From NCBI GenBank assembly GCA_965228735.1, contig OZ245838.1, positions 5,696,001-5,760,000 of the forward strand: a stretch of 64,000 nucleotides of DNA, written 5' to 3'. Positions 7,837-16,818 of this stretch are shown piece by piece. Under the pieces are notes generated by a model that was given only the letters and a program-made list of their open reading frames with translations, was not told where the DNA came from and ran no database searches. A program made the translations under genes and the position numbers. The stretch is from Planctomycetota bacterium (GTDB taxonomy: Bacteria > Planctomycetota > UBA1135 > UBA2386). How positions within the stretch are numbered: the stretch's first letter is position 1; each line of letters begins with the position of its first letter.

Positions 7837-10800
7837 ATGTCCGACCGCCTTCGTTCTCTCGTCCTCCGCTCGATCACCGCGTCCATTGCGCTGGCAGCCG
7901 CTGCCGGCGCGCAGACGCCGCTCAGCGGCGCCCTGACCGGGACCCTGGCCGCCGGGGTCTACACGGCCGCGGCCAACATCAGCGTTCCGGCCGGCCAGAC
8001 CCTCACGCTGTCCCCTGGCGTGATCGTCAAGTTCGTGGGAGCCCGCCAGTTCGTCGTCGACGGCACGCTGGTTAGCAACGGCACGGCCGGCAGCCCGGTG
8101 ATCTTCACCGACGACGCCGATGACTCTGCGGGTGGTGACACCAACGGCAACGGTCCGAGCGTCGGTTCACCGGGCGCGTGGTACAACATCGTGTTCCGGA
8201 GCGGCGCCGGCGCGTCCACGCTGAACTACACGGAGGTGCGTTTTGCGGGCGCGTCCAACTTCGCGGCGGTCGACCTGCAGAGCGCGGACATCACGCTGAC
8301 GAACAGCACGGTGCGCGACTGCTCGGCGCGGGCGCTGTGGCTGCGCAGCAACTCGTGGCCGACCGTCGACAACTGCGCGATGCTCGACAACGGCGGTTAT
8401 GCGTTCGATGCCGTGCCGATCTCCGCCGTGCCGGGTTTCACCGGCAACACGGCGACCGGCAATCAGATCGATGCGCTGCGCATCTCGACGGGCGCGGTCA
8501 CCGGCAACCTGACGCTGGGTCTGGCCTCGATGGTGGACGGGGCGTTCCTCGTCGGCACCAACATCACGGTCAGTCCGGGCGCGACCCTGACCTTGCCGGC
8601 GGGCGCGGTGATCAAGTGGAACGGCGCGCGCCAGTTGCTCGTGCGCGGCACGCTCGATTGCCAGGGCACGGCCGGCAACCCGGTGGTGCTCACGGACGAT
8701 CACGACGACAGCGTCGGCGGCGACACCTTGAAGGATGGCGTGACCGCGGGTGCGCCCGGCGCCTGGTACAACGTCGTCTTCGACGCCCAGCAGACCGGCA
8801 GCACGCTGCATCACACCGAGGTGCGGTTCGCGGGCGCCTCGAACTTCAACGGGTTCGACATCCAGAACACCGCGCCGACGTTCGTGAACTGCGTGGTGCG
8901 AAACTGCAACAGCGGTGCGTTCTACCTGCGCAGCAACTCGGCGCCGTCGATCACCGGCTGCGTTGCGCAGGACAACGGTGGCCGCGCGTTCGACGCCGTC
9001 CCGCTCTACGCCGTCCCCGGCATCGTCAACAACACCGCGACGGGCAACGGCCTCGACGTGATGCGGATCACGACCGCGACGCTGACGAGCAACCTCACGC
9101 TCGAACCGGCCTCGATGGTCGGCGGCGCGTTCCACTTCGCGACGAACCTGACCGTCGGGGCCGGGGTGACGCTGACGTTGAAGCCGGGAGTGATCTGCAA
9201 GTGGATCGGTGCGCGCCAACTGCTGGTGAACGGCACGTTGCGCAGCGAGGGAACCGCCGCGGCGCCCGTGATCCTCACGGACGACGACGACGACACCGCG
9301 GCTGGCGACACCAACAAGAACGGCGCGAGCAGCGGCGCCGTGGGCGCGTGGTACAACGTCGTTTTCAGCAGCAGCCAGGCGGCCAGCGAGCTGGACTTCA
9401 CCGAGGTGCGCTACGCCGGCGCATCCAACTTCCCCGGCGTGGCTTGTCAATCGACCGACCCCGTGCTGCGGGATTGCACCGTGCGCGACTGCAACCGCGA
9501 CGGGATCGGGTTCACGGGCGCCGCGTACGCGACCGTTCACGATTGCCACCTGATCGACAACGGTGGCACGGGCATCGCCGGGCTGCGGCTCGACGCGGTG
9601 CCCGGGCTCGTCAACAACTCGTGCGCCGGCAACGGCATCGACTGTGTCCGGATCACGAGCGCGACCGTGACCACGAACGTCCGCATCGGGACCCACTCGA
9701 TGCCGGCCGGTGCGTTCCTGCTCAGCGCCAACCTCGACGTTCGACCCACCGGGGAACTCACCGTCGAGCAGGGCGTGGTGTTCAAGCTCGTCGGCGCGCG
9801 CCAGGTGCTGCTGCAAGGCCGCTCGCGGTTGCTCGGCACCGCCTTCGAGCCGGTCGTATTCACCGATGACGCCGATGACTCGGTGGCGGGGGACAGCAAC
9901 GGGGATGGGCCGAGCACGGGCTCGCCGGGCGCGTTCTACAACCTGCACCTGCCCGACACGGGTGAGCTGCGGCGAATCGAGAACGTCGTCGTGCGGTTCG
10001 CCGGGGCGTCGAACTTCCCGGCGGTCAACGCGGACGGCGCGGCGATCTTCCTGCGCTCGGTGCGCGTCGACGACGCCGTGGCGCGCGGGTTCGAACTGCG
10101 CGATCTGGCGCCGCCGCAGACCAACCTCGTGGCCTGGAGCTGCGGCGGTGATGGCGTCTACTGCACCGCGGGCGACTTCAACATCGTGCATGCGACCGTC
10201 GCGGACTGCGGCGGCGACGGCATCGAGGCTGCCGCCGCCTGGACCGGTCTCGTGATGAACAGCAACGTCTGGAACAGCGCGGGCAACAACTTCGCAGGGC
10301 TCGCGGCCGGGCGGGTGCTCCGCAGCAACGGCGGGCTCGTGGGCAGCGGCGGCAACATCGACCTCGACCCGCAGTTCGTCGATCCTCAGAACGGCGATCT
10401 GCGGCTAGGGGCGGGCTCGCCGTGCCTCGGCGCCGCGGATCTCGGCACCGCGCAGTTCGTCGCGCGCGACTTCGACGAGAACTCGCGCATCCTCGACCAC
10501 GCGCTCGGCGGCGTCGCCGCGCCGGACATGGGCGCGTTCGAACGCGGGAACTGGGACATGGAGGTCGCCAACACGCCGCGCCCGGGCGAGACCGTGTTCC
10601 TCACCGTCCAGGGGCAGCCCGGCACGTCGTTCCTCGGCTTCGGTCTCAACGAGGCGTCCGTGCTCGTGCAGCCCTACGGCGTGCTGCTCACGGGCTCGCT
10701 GACGACCACGGCACTCGCGTTCACGTTCCCGATCCCGGTCGGGCAGCCGATCCCGCTCACGGTGCCGAACGACCCGACGATCGCGGGCATGGCCATCGGG

Positions 10801-10881
10801 TTGCAGACCCTGAACTTCCCGCTCGGGAATCTCGCGGTCGGCAACTTCGGGCCGCGCTATCGCGCGCTCGTGCGGCCGTGA
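7837..10881 (+). CDS. large secreted right-handed beta-helix repeat protein (about four 195-aa repeats)
   Basis: Signal peptide ending AAGAQ. GARQ recurs at 8038, 8623, 9208 and 9793. DPQFVD..DLRL..SPC..PDMGAFE tail. Confidence 0.85.
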   Translation: MSDRLRSLVLRSITASIALAAAAGAQTPLSGALTGTLAAGVYTAAANISVPAGQTLTLSPGVIVKFVGARQFVVDGTLVSNGTAGSPVIFTDDADDSAGGDTNGNGPSVGSPGAWYNIVFRSGAGASTLNYTEVRFAGASNFAAVDLQSADITLTNSTVRDCSARALWLRSNSWPTVDNCAMLDNGGYAFDAVPISAVPGFTGNTATGNQIDALRISTGAVTGNLTLGLASMVDGAFLVGTNITVSPGATLTLPAGAVIKWNGARQLLVRGTLDCQGTAGNPVVLTDDHDDSVGGDTLKDGVTAGAPGAWYNVVFDAQQTGSTLHHTEVRFAGASNFNGFDIQNTAPTFVNCVVRNCNSGAFYLRSNSAPSITGCVAQDNGGRAFDAVPLYAVPGIVNNTATGNGLDVMRITTATLTSNLTLEPASMVGGAFHFATNLTVGAGVTLTLKPGVICKWIGARQLLVNGTLRSEGTAAAPVILTDDDDDTAAGDTNKNGASSGAVGAWYNVVFSSSQAASELDFTEVRYAGASNFPGVACQSTDPVLRDCTVRDCNRDGIGFTGAAYATVHDCHLIDNGGTGIAGLRLDAVPGLVNNSCAGNGIDCVRITSATVTTNVRIGTHSMPAGAFLLSANLDVRPTGELTVEQGVVFKLVGARQVLLQGRSRLLGTAFEPVVFTDDADDSVAGDSNGDGPSTGSPGAFYNLHLPDTGELRRIENVVVRFAGASNFPAVNADGAAIFLRSVRVDDAVARGFELRDLAPPQTNLVAWSCGGDGVYCTAGDFNIVHATVADCGGDGIEAAAAWTGLVMNSNVWNSAGNNFAGLAAGRVLRSNGGLVGSGGNIDLDPQFVDPQNGDLRLGAGSPCLGAADLGTAQFVARDFDENSRILDHALGGVAAPDMGAFERGNWDMEVANTPRPGETVFLTVQGQPGTSFLGFGLNEASVLVQPYGVLLTGSLTTTALAFTFPIPVGQPIPLTVPNDPTIAGMAIGLQTLNFPLGNLAVGNFGPRYRALVRP

Positions 10882-10973
10882 GTGCGGCGCTCGCGGCAGC
10901 CGCGCGAACGAAGTTCAGAAAGCGTTGAGGGGGCCACGGAGTGCTGGCGCACTTCCTGGCCCCTTCCTGCATC

Positions 10974-12032
10974 ATGAACTCACACTCTCGCCGAAATCTC
11001 GCCGCTGCCCCGCGAATCCTAGCCCTGCCCGCCCTCGTCCTGTTGGGGGTGGCCAGCCCGCGTCTGTTGCCCGCGCAGGCGTGCCTGCACTACCCGGCCG
11101 ACACGCCGGCTCTCGGCGCACCCGATCCGCGGCCGTTCGGGAACGGGGTTCCCAACGACCCGGCCTACGGGACGATGCGCTACCAGATGCAGATCCCGAC
11201 ATCCGTCCTCGGGAATCAGCCGCTCGACATCGTCGAGGTGTGCGCCGCGCCGGCCGGGTCCTATTCCCGGACCTACACGGAGATCCAGCTGCGGGTCGGC
11301 CACAACCCCAATCCGCTCACGGGCTCGATGGGGTCGAACACCGTCGGGTTCACGTCGCGGCCGCTGCAGCACAACAACATCACGTTCGACACGACCGCGG
11401 ATCAGTGGTTGCCGCTCGGTCTGGCGTTTCCGTTCCGCTACGACCCGGCGAACGGAATGCTCGTGATCGAGTTCTTCGTGCGTCACGCCGAGGCCTCGAC
11501 CGGTTCGGGCGACACCGGGTTCCGGACCGACGCTTCGATCCCGTTCGTGTGGCGTTCCGGGAGCGGCTACAACAACGCCAACGTCGAGGCCGGCGGCGGC
11601 ATCAAGCTCAAGTTCTGCACGGACACGAACAACACCATCATCTACGGTGAGGGCGGCTGTCCGGGCAGCAACGGTCTGCGCCCGACGCTCGGCTACAGTG
11701 GCTCGTCGATGCTCGGCGCGACGCTCGATATCGAGGTCGCGGACGGACCCCCGGGGCCCGCGACCCTCACGGTGCTCGTGTTCAGCTTCCGGCCGCGGAC
11801 GGGACCGTTCGACCTCGGCGGTTTCGGAGCGCCGGGCTGCAGCGCGTACCTCTACGACGACGTCGTCAGCTGGATGGTGACGAGCGGCGGGTCGGAGACC
11901 GTCTCGCTGCCGCTGGCGCCCACGCTCGCGCCCGGGCTGCCGCTGTGGAACCAGTGGTTCTTCTTCGATCCGCCGGCGAACGCTCTCGGGCTCAGCGGCT
12001 CCAACTTCGGCCGCTTCCTGATCGGGAACTGA
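10974..12032 (+). CDS. secreted hypothetical protein with the shared C-terminal motif
   Basis: Signal peptide ending PAQA. C-terminal YGEGGCPGS..PFDLGGFGAPGC..GLPLWNQWFFFD. Confidence 0.75.
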   Translation: MNSHSRRNLAAAPRILALPALVLLGVASPRLLPAQACLHYPADTPALGAPDPRPFGNGVPNDPAYGTMRYQMQIPTSVLGNQPLDIVEVCAAPAGSYSRTYTEIQLRVGHNPNPLTGSMGSNTVGFTSRPLQHNNITFDTTADQWLPLGLAFPFRYDPANGMLVIEFFVRHAEASTGSGDTGFRTDASIPFVWRSGSGYNNANVEAGGGIKLKFCTDTNNTIIYGEGGCPGSNGLRPTLGYSGSSMLGATLDIEVADGPPGPATLTVLVFSFRPRTGPFDLGGFGAPGCSAYLYDDVVSWMVTSGGSETVSLPLAPTLAPGLPLWNQWFFFDPPANALGLSGSNFGRFLIGN

Positions 12033-12065
12033 TCCCGCCGGCCGGGCGACCGGAGCGCGCTACAC

Positions 12066-14633
12066 CTATTCGAACACCGCGCGTACGGGGCGGACACCGA
12101 CGCGCGACATGCGACGGAACGGCGCCAGCGCGTTCCGGGATGCGACGCGGCTCAGGTGCGCCCGTTCGGCAAAGTCACCGCCGCGGTGCATCCGCAGCGT
12201 TGGCGGGTCGTCCTCGGCGATGGGCTCGCGCAGCGCATCTCCCGGGCGCGCGGGGCGCAGGTAGGACACGAGCCAGTCGCGGCACCACTCCGACACGTTG
12301 CCGTGAACGTCGAACAGGCCCCAGGCGTTGGGGCGAAACGTGCCGACCGGCGCGGTGTGCGGATAGCCGTCGTCGAGGCCGGGTTCGATCGGATTGCCGT
12401 TCACCCCGATCGAGCTCCTGTCGCAGAGGTTGGCGAACCCCTGCAGGTCCGCGATCGCGTTGCCACACGCCCAGATCGACCGGGTGCCGGCGCGCGCGAA
12501 GTACTCCCACTGCGCCTCGGTCGGCAGCTGCAGTCGGCGGCGCGCCAGGTGCTGGGTCGCGGTGAGCCAGGAGACCTGCTCGACCGGGTGAGACAGGTCG
12601 ACGTCACCGCGACTCGTCGCGCGTGACGTGAAGCTCGGCCGTTCGCCCGTCAGGCGCAGCCATTGCCCCTGGGTGCACTCGAACTTGCTCACGAAGAACG
12701 CGGCCAGCCGCAGCTCGTGAACGAAGCGCTCCATCGGCGCGGCGCCGGGGTCGATCGGGGCTTCGCCGGAGTGTTCGTCACGGCGCTCGAGAGCGCCCAT
12801 GACGAAGTCGCCAGCCGGCACGAGCACGAACACCATGCCCGACTCGGGCCCGATCTCGACGTCGCGCAGCTTGCCCGCCTCGTCGAGCGTGACGGCCGGT
12901 CGCGCCCCGCTCTCCGGATGCCAGAACTCCCACAGGCCGCTCGCCCGGTCGATGCCGAGCGGGACGAGACCCATCTGCAGCCCCGGCAGCACGAGGCCAT
13001 CGTACGCGGGACAGATCGCGCGGTCGGCGATCGCCGCAAGGGCCGTCGCCCAGAGGTCACCCTCACCGCACAGTCGTGCGATGCGCTCGGCCTCGGCCCG
13101 GCGCGCTCGGATACCGGCGAGGTTGTCGGGTCGGGCGGCGGGGGCCGCCAGCTGCTCGAGCCCGTCGATGAGCCGGGTCATCACCTCGCGCTGATAATCG
13201 AGCTCGTCGCGCCGCGTCGGATCCGTCGCGACAGTGAGCCGGGCGCGCAGGTCGGCCGCCCTGCTGCGGAGGTCGTCACGGCGGGCAAGGAGCGCGTTCG
13301 CGCGGCGCTCCCACTGGCGCATCGCCGGGATCTGCTCGGGCCATGGCGGCCACAGCTCGTCGGCGGCTTCCTGGCGCAGGTCGACGAGTCGCTTGTCGTC
13401 GACCAGGCGGCGGAAGTCCTGCCAGTTCGTGTTCGCCTGGTTCCAGAGGTGGAGGACGACCACGAGACCGGTCACGAGCAGCACGAGCCCGACCGCGGAA
13501 GCCGCCGCGCCCACGCGATGCCGCTGCAAGAACCGTCGGGTGACGTAGGTCCATGTCGGCGGCCGGGCGGCGACCGGCTCGTGGCGCCGGGCCCGCGCGA
13601 CATCGGCCTGCAGCTCGAGCACGGTGCCGTAGCGGCGATCCGGCTCGATGGCGAGCGCGCGCAGCGTGACCCAGTCGAGATCGAGGGGGGTGCCGGGGCG
13701 GACTCGGGAGGGGCGCTCTGGCACCGTGTGCCACGCCGCGGTCTCCGACGCCGAGGCCCGACTGCGCGGCAGCGTGTCCGTGAGCAACTCGTACAGGATC
13801 ACGCCGAGCGCGTAGACGTCACTGCGGGCATCGGCGCTGCCGGCGTCGAACGCTTGTTCCGGGCTCATGTAGCCGGCCGTGCCCATGGCGGCATCCGCCC
13901 CGGTATGCATCGTGTCGCCGTCGTCGCGATCGAGGAACCGCGCGATGCCGAAGTCGATGATCCGTGGCTCGGGGCCGTCGTCGCCGGCCGTGACGAGCAC
14001 GTTGGATGGCTTGAGATCGCGGTGGATGATGCCCTTGCCGTGCGCGTGCTGTACTGCGTCGCAGAGATCGTCGAAAAGGTCGAGCCGGGTGGCCAGCGTC
14101 GGCATCTCGCTCTGCAGCCAGCGGTGCATCGGCAGGCCGTCGACGAGGTCCATCGCGAGATAGGGCCGCCCGTCCTCGAGGTGGCCGCCGTCCAGCACGC
14201 GCGCGATGCACCGATGCTGCAGTCGCGCCAACGCCCGGTGCTCGGCCTGGAACCGCGCGCGCCCGACGGCGGTCAGCGCGGTGCTCTTCAAGACCTTGAT
14301 CGCGACCTGGCGGCGCACGGGTTCGAGTTGCTCGGCGCGATACACGCGCCCCATCGCGCCTTCGCCGAGTTCGCGATCGATACGGAACGGCGGCACGTGC
14401 GGGACGAGGTCGAGATCGCGGTTCGCCGGCAGAGGCGATCGGAACGCGGTCTGGGTTTCCTCGGCGTCCGCCTCGACGAGCGCGAGGACCTCCGCGCGAA
14501 CGCTGCTGTCGACGGTCGTCGTTGCGTCCGTGTCGCCCGAGTACGTGCGGACGAACGCATCACGCTCGGGGGCGGGCAGTCCGAGCGCACGGTGGAACAG
14601 GTCGGCGATGAGGTCCGCGCGGCGGCGTGGCAC
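12066..14633 (-). CDS. Ser/Thr kinase - TM - FGE/sulfatase-modifying-like domain fusion
   Basis: GEGAMG, VAIK, HRDLKPSN, DFG, YMSPEQ. One TM helix. LPTEAQWEY, PNAWGLFDVHGNVSEWC. Confidence 0.9.
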   Translation of the reverse strand: MPRRRADLIADLFHRALGLPAPERDAFVRTYSGDTDATTTVDSSVRAEVLALVEADAEETQTAFRSPLPANRDLDLVPHVPPFRIDRELGEGAMGRVYRAEQLEPVRRQVAIKVLKSTALTAVGRARFQAEHRALARLQHRCIARVLDGGHLEDGRPYLAMDLVDGLPMHRWLQSEMPTLATRLDLFDDLCDAVQHAHGKGIIHRDLKPSNVLVTAGDDGPEPRIIDFGIARFLDRDDGDTMHTGADAAMGTAGYMSPEQAFDAGSADARSDVYALGVILYELLTDTLPRSRASASETAAWHTVPERPSRVRPGTPLDLDWVTLRALAIEPDRRYGTVLELQADVARARRHEPVAARPPTWTYVTRRFLQRHRVGAAASAVGLVLLVTGLVVVLHLWNQANTNWQDFRRLVDDKRLVDLRQEAADELWPPWPEQIPAMRQWERRANALLARRDDLRSRAADLRARLTVATDPTRRDELDYQREVMTRLIDGLEQLAAPAARPDNLAGIRARRAEAERIARLCGEGDLWATALAAIADRAICPAYDGLVLPGLQMGLVPLGIDRASGLWEFWHPESGARPAVTLDEAGKLRDVEIGPESGMVFVLVPAGDFVMGALERRDEHSGEAPIDPGAAPMERFVHELRLAAFFVSKFECTQGQWLRLTGERPSFTSRATSRGDVDLSHPVEQVSWLTATQHLARRRLQLPTEAQWEYFARAGTRSIWACGNAIADLQGFANLCDRSSIGVNGNPIEPGLDDGYPHTAPVGTFRPNAWGLFDVHGNVSEWCRDWLVSYLRPARPGDALREPIAEDDPPTLRMHRGGDFAERAHLSRVASRNALAPFRRMSRVGVRPVRAVFE

Positions 14634-14650
14634 AATGCCAGCATATCGCG

Positions 14651-15208
14651 ATGGCCGGACGGGATCTCACGGAGCTGTTGAACGGGGCGGTCGGTGGCGA
14701 TGACGCTGCCGCGGATGAGCTGCTGCTGGCGATCTACGACCAGCTGCGTTCCATGGCGCGTGGCCATGTCGCGAACGAATCGCCGACCGTCGAGCCGACG
14801 GCGCTCGTGCACGAAGCCTGGATGCGGCTCGGCCGGACCGGGGCCGAGTGGCGCCACCGCGGTCACTTCTTCGCTGCGGCGGCACAGGCGATGCGCCGCA
14901 TTCTCGTCGAGCACGCGCGCCGGCGTTCGGCGGCGAAGCGCGGCGGCGGTGCGCGGCAGGTCGGGGTCGAATCGCTCGCCATCGAGATGCCCGACCCGGC
15001 CTGGATCCTCGATCTCGACCAGGCACTCTCCGACCTCGCGGTCGATTACCCGCGCGAGGCGCAGGTCGTCGCGCTGCGCTACTTCGGTGGCCTGGCCGTC
15101 GCCGAGGTCGCGGCGGCGCTCGACGTCTCGGTCGGAACCGTGGAACGGGACTGGCGGCTGGCGCGGGCGCGGCTGTCGCAGCGTTTGCAGCTCGGCGAGG
15201 ATCCGTGA
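14651..15208 (+). CDS. ECF sigma factor (TIGR02999/ECF43-like)
   Basis: IYDQLRSMA, PTALVHEAW, FFAAAAQAMRRILVEHAR, TVERDWRLARA. Confidence 0.9.
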   Translation: MAGRDLTELLNGAVGGDDAAADELLLAIYDQLRSMARGHVANESPTVEPTALVHEAWMRLGRTGAEWRHRGHFFAAAAQAMRRILVEHARRRSAAKRGGGARQVGVESLAIEMPDPAWILDLDQALSDLAVDYPREAQVVALRYFGGLAVAEVAAALDVSVGTVERDWRLARARLSQRLQLGEDP

Positions 15209-15340
15209 CTACGCCCTTCGCGTCGAGCGCGTCGCGGGAGGCGCGAGTGTCCTCCATCTGATGCAGCTCGACGAGCAGAACGTCGTCTTGATGCGCCACG
15301 TACGTCGTGGCGCAGGGCGGCGGTGCGGCAGCGCCTCCGA

Positions 15341-16528
15341 TCAGTCTCGGAGAGAACGGATCATGATCAGCAGGGTTTGTCGCCGCCCCTGGGCGAACTG
15401 GTTGGGGCAGTACGCGCACAGCGCACGGAGCTTTCGCAGGCGAGGCAGGTCGGCCGGCTTCAATGCGGCAAACAGCGAGCCCTTCACTGCCTCGAGCCCG
15501 AACCCCAGCGACTGCTCGAGTGCGTCGAAGAGTTCGGCCTTCTCGTCGTCGCCGATGTCTTTGCCGTTGGCGACTGCGTCATCGGCGAGAAAGCCCTCGC
15601 GCGTTAGCCACTGGATCGCCGGCGTCTTCAGACCATGGAACCGTTGTACGAACTCGGCGTCGTTGGTGATCTCGAATCCGTGCTTGTTGTCCTCCGTCGT
15701 TCCTTCGCGCAGGTACTGGGTGGAGCCGTCGATCTGCTCACGCACTTGCGGATTGGCCTCTTCGAGTGAACCCAGCCACGCCAACGCATCGCGCCCCATC
15801 GTCTCGGTCACGGCGAACACCATCGCGCGCCGCACGTCGACGTCCTCTTCTTTCTCGAATGCGGCCTTGGTCGCGGCCAGCGAGCCCTTGTCGATCAACG
15901 TTCCGAGTGCGAGGTACAGCGACGCGCGCACTCGTGAGTCCTTCTCGCTCTTCAGCACGTCGCGTATTCGGGTAGCACTGTTGTCCACGGTCGCTTCGCG
16001 CGAGAGGTATGTCGCCCAGAATCTCCGCCGCGAGACGTCGTCGTGATCCAGGCCCGCGACCGCGAACTGCTCGCCCCAGCTGCCTGACGCCATGGTCCCG
16101 TAGGCGATCGCGGAGTCCACGAACCCGTCGGTGCCGGGAACGACGACTTCGGTCAACTCCTTCAGGTAGTCCCTGCCCACGTCGGGGCGATGCAGGAGCA
16201 GGTTGAAACAGAGCAGGGCGTCGGTCCGGCCGGGTTTCTCGAGTTTGCCGGTCGATCGTCGGAGTCGATACATCGCCACCTCCGCGTCGACGAGTTCCGG
16301 CGCGGGTTGCGTCTCTGCCAGCGTCGTGCCGTAGAAACGCAGCTGCGTCTGGTAGCGCAAGAACTCGGGTTCAACTTTCGAGAAGAGCTGTGCGGCGTCG
16401 ACCTCGATGCCGTAGTGGGCAACGAGCGGGTGTTGCTCCGGGGGCGGATTCTCGTCCTGCGAAGCGACCGTGGTCGCGGCCCAGGAGCAGCACAACACCA
16501 GGCGAAACAGCAACTCGCATGCAGTCAT
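15341..16528 (-). CDS. secreted HEAT-repeat-like protein
   Basis: Signal peptide. Repeats DVSRRRF, DSRVRAS, DVDVRRA, NPQVRE. Confidence 0.6.
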   Translation of the reverse strand: MTACELLFRLVLCCSWAATTVASQDENPPPEQHPLVAHYGIEVDAAQLFSKVEPEFLRYQTQLRFYGTTLAETQPAPELVDAEVAMYRLRRSTGKLEKPGRTDALLCFNLLLHRPDVGRDYLKELTEVVVPGTDGFVDSAIAYGTMASGSWGEQFAVAGLDHDDVSRRRFWATYLSREATVDNSATRIRDVLKSEKDSRVRASLYLALGTLIDKGSLAATKAAFEKEEDVDVRRAMVFAVTETMGRDALAWLGSLEEANPQVREQIDGSTQYLREGTTEDNKHGFEITNDAEFVQRFHGLKTPAIQWLTREGFLADDAVANGKDIGDDEKAELFDALEQSLGFGLEAVKGSLFAALKPADLPRLRKLRALCAYCPNQFAQGRRQTLLIMIRSLRD

Positions 16529-16818
16529 CGTTCCTCGCAGTTGATCAACCTGAACGTGTGGGTTGGCCTCAGTGCAGTGCGAGGCCTCGTCCCGCCACGA
16601 GCGCCCAACTCTAACTCTCCGTGACGCCTGATGGGGTTGCGGGCTAGTGGGGTGTCGCCGAAGTTCGGATTCGAAGTCCGTGCTAGCTGCTCCGGCAGGA
16701 TCCGTGCGGCGCCATCAATGTCGCATGCCCGTATCTTCGGTGTGTGGCACGATCGGGTTGAAGGTCCCCCACGAGCCTCGCGGTATGGTCGCCCGTCCAT
16801 CCCCTCTCGGAGCTGCCG

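Noticed and set aside
15292..15315. TGCGCCACG-TACGT-CGTGGCGCA hairpin between convergent genes
   Set aside because: A plausible terminator but short and expected by chance at this GC.
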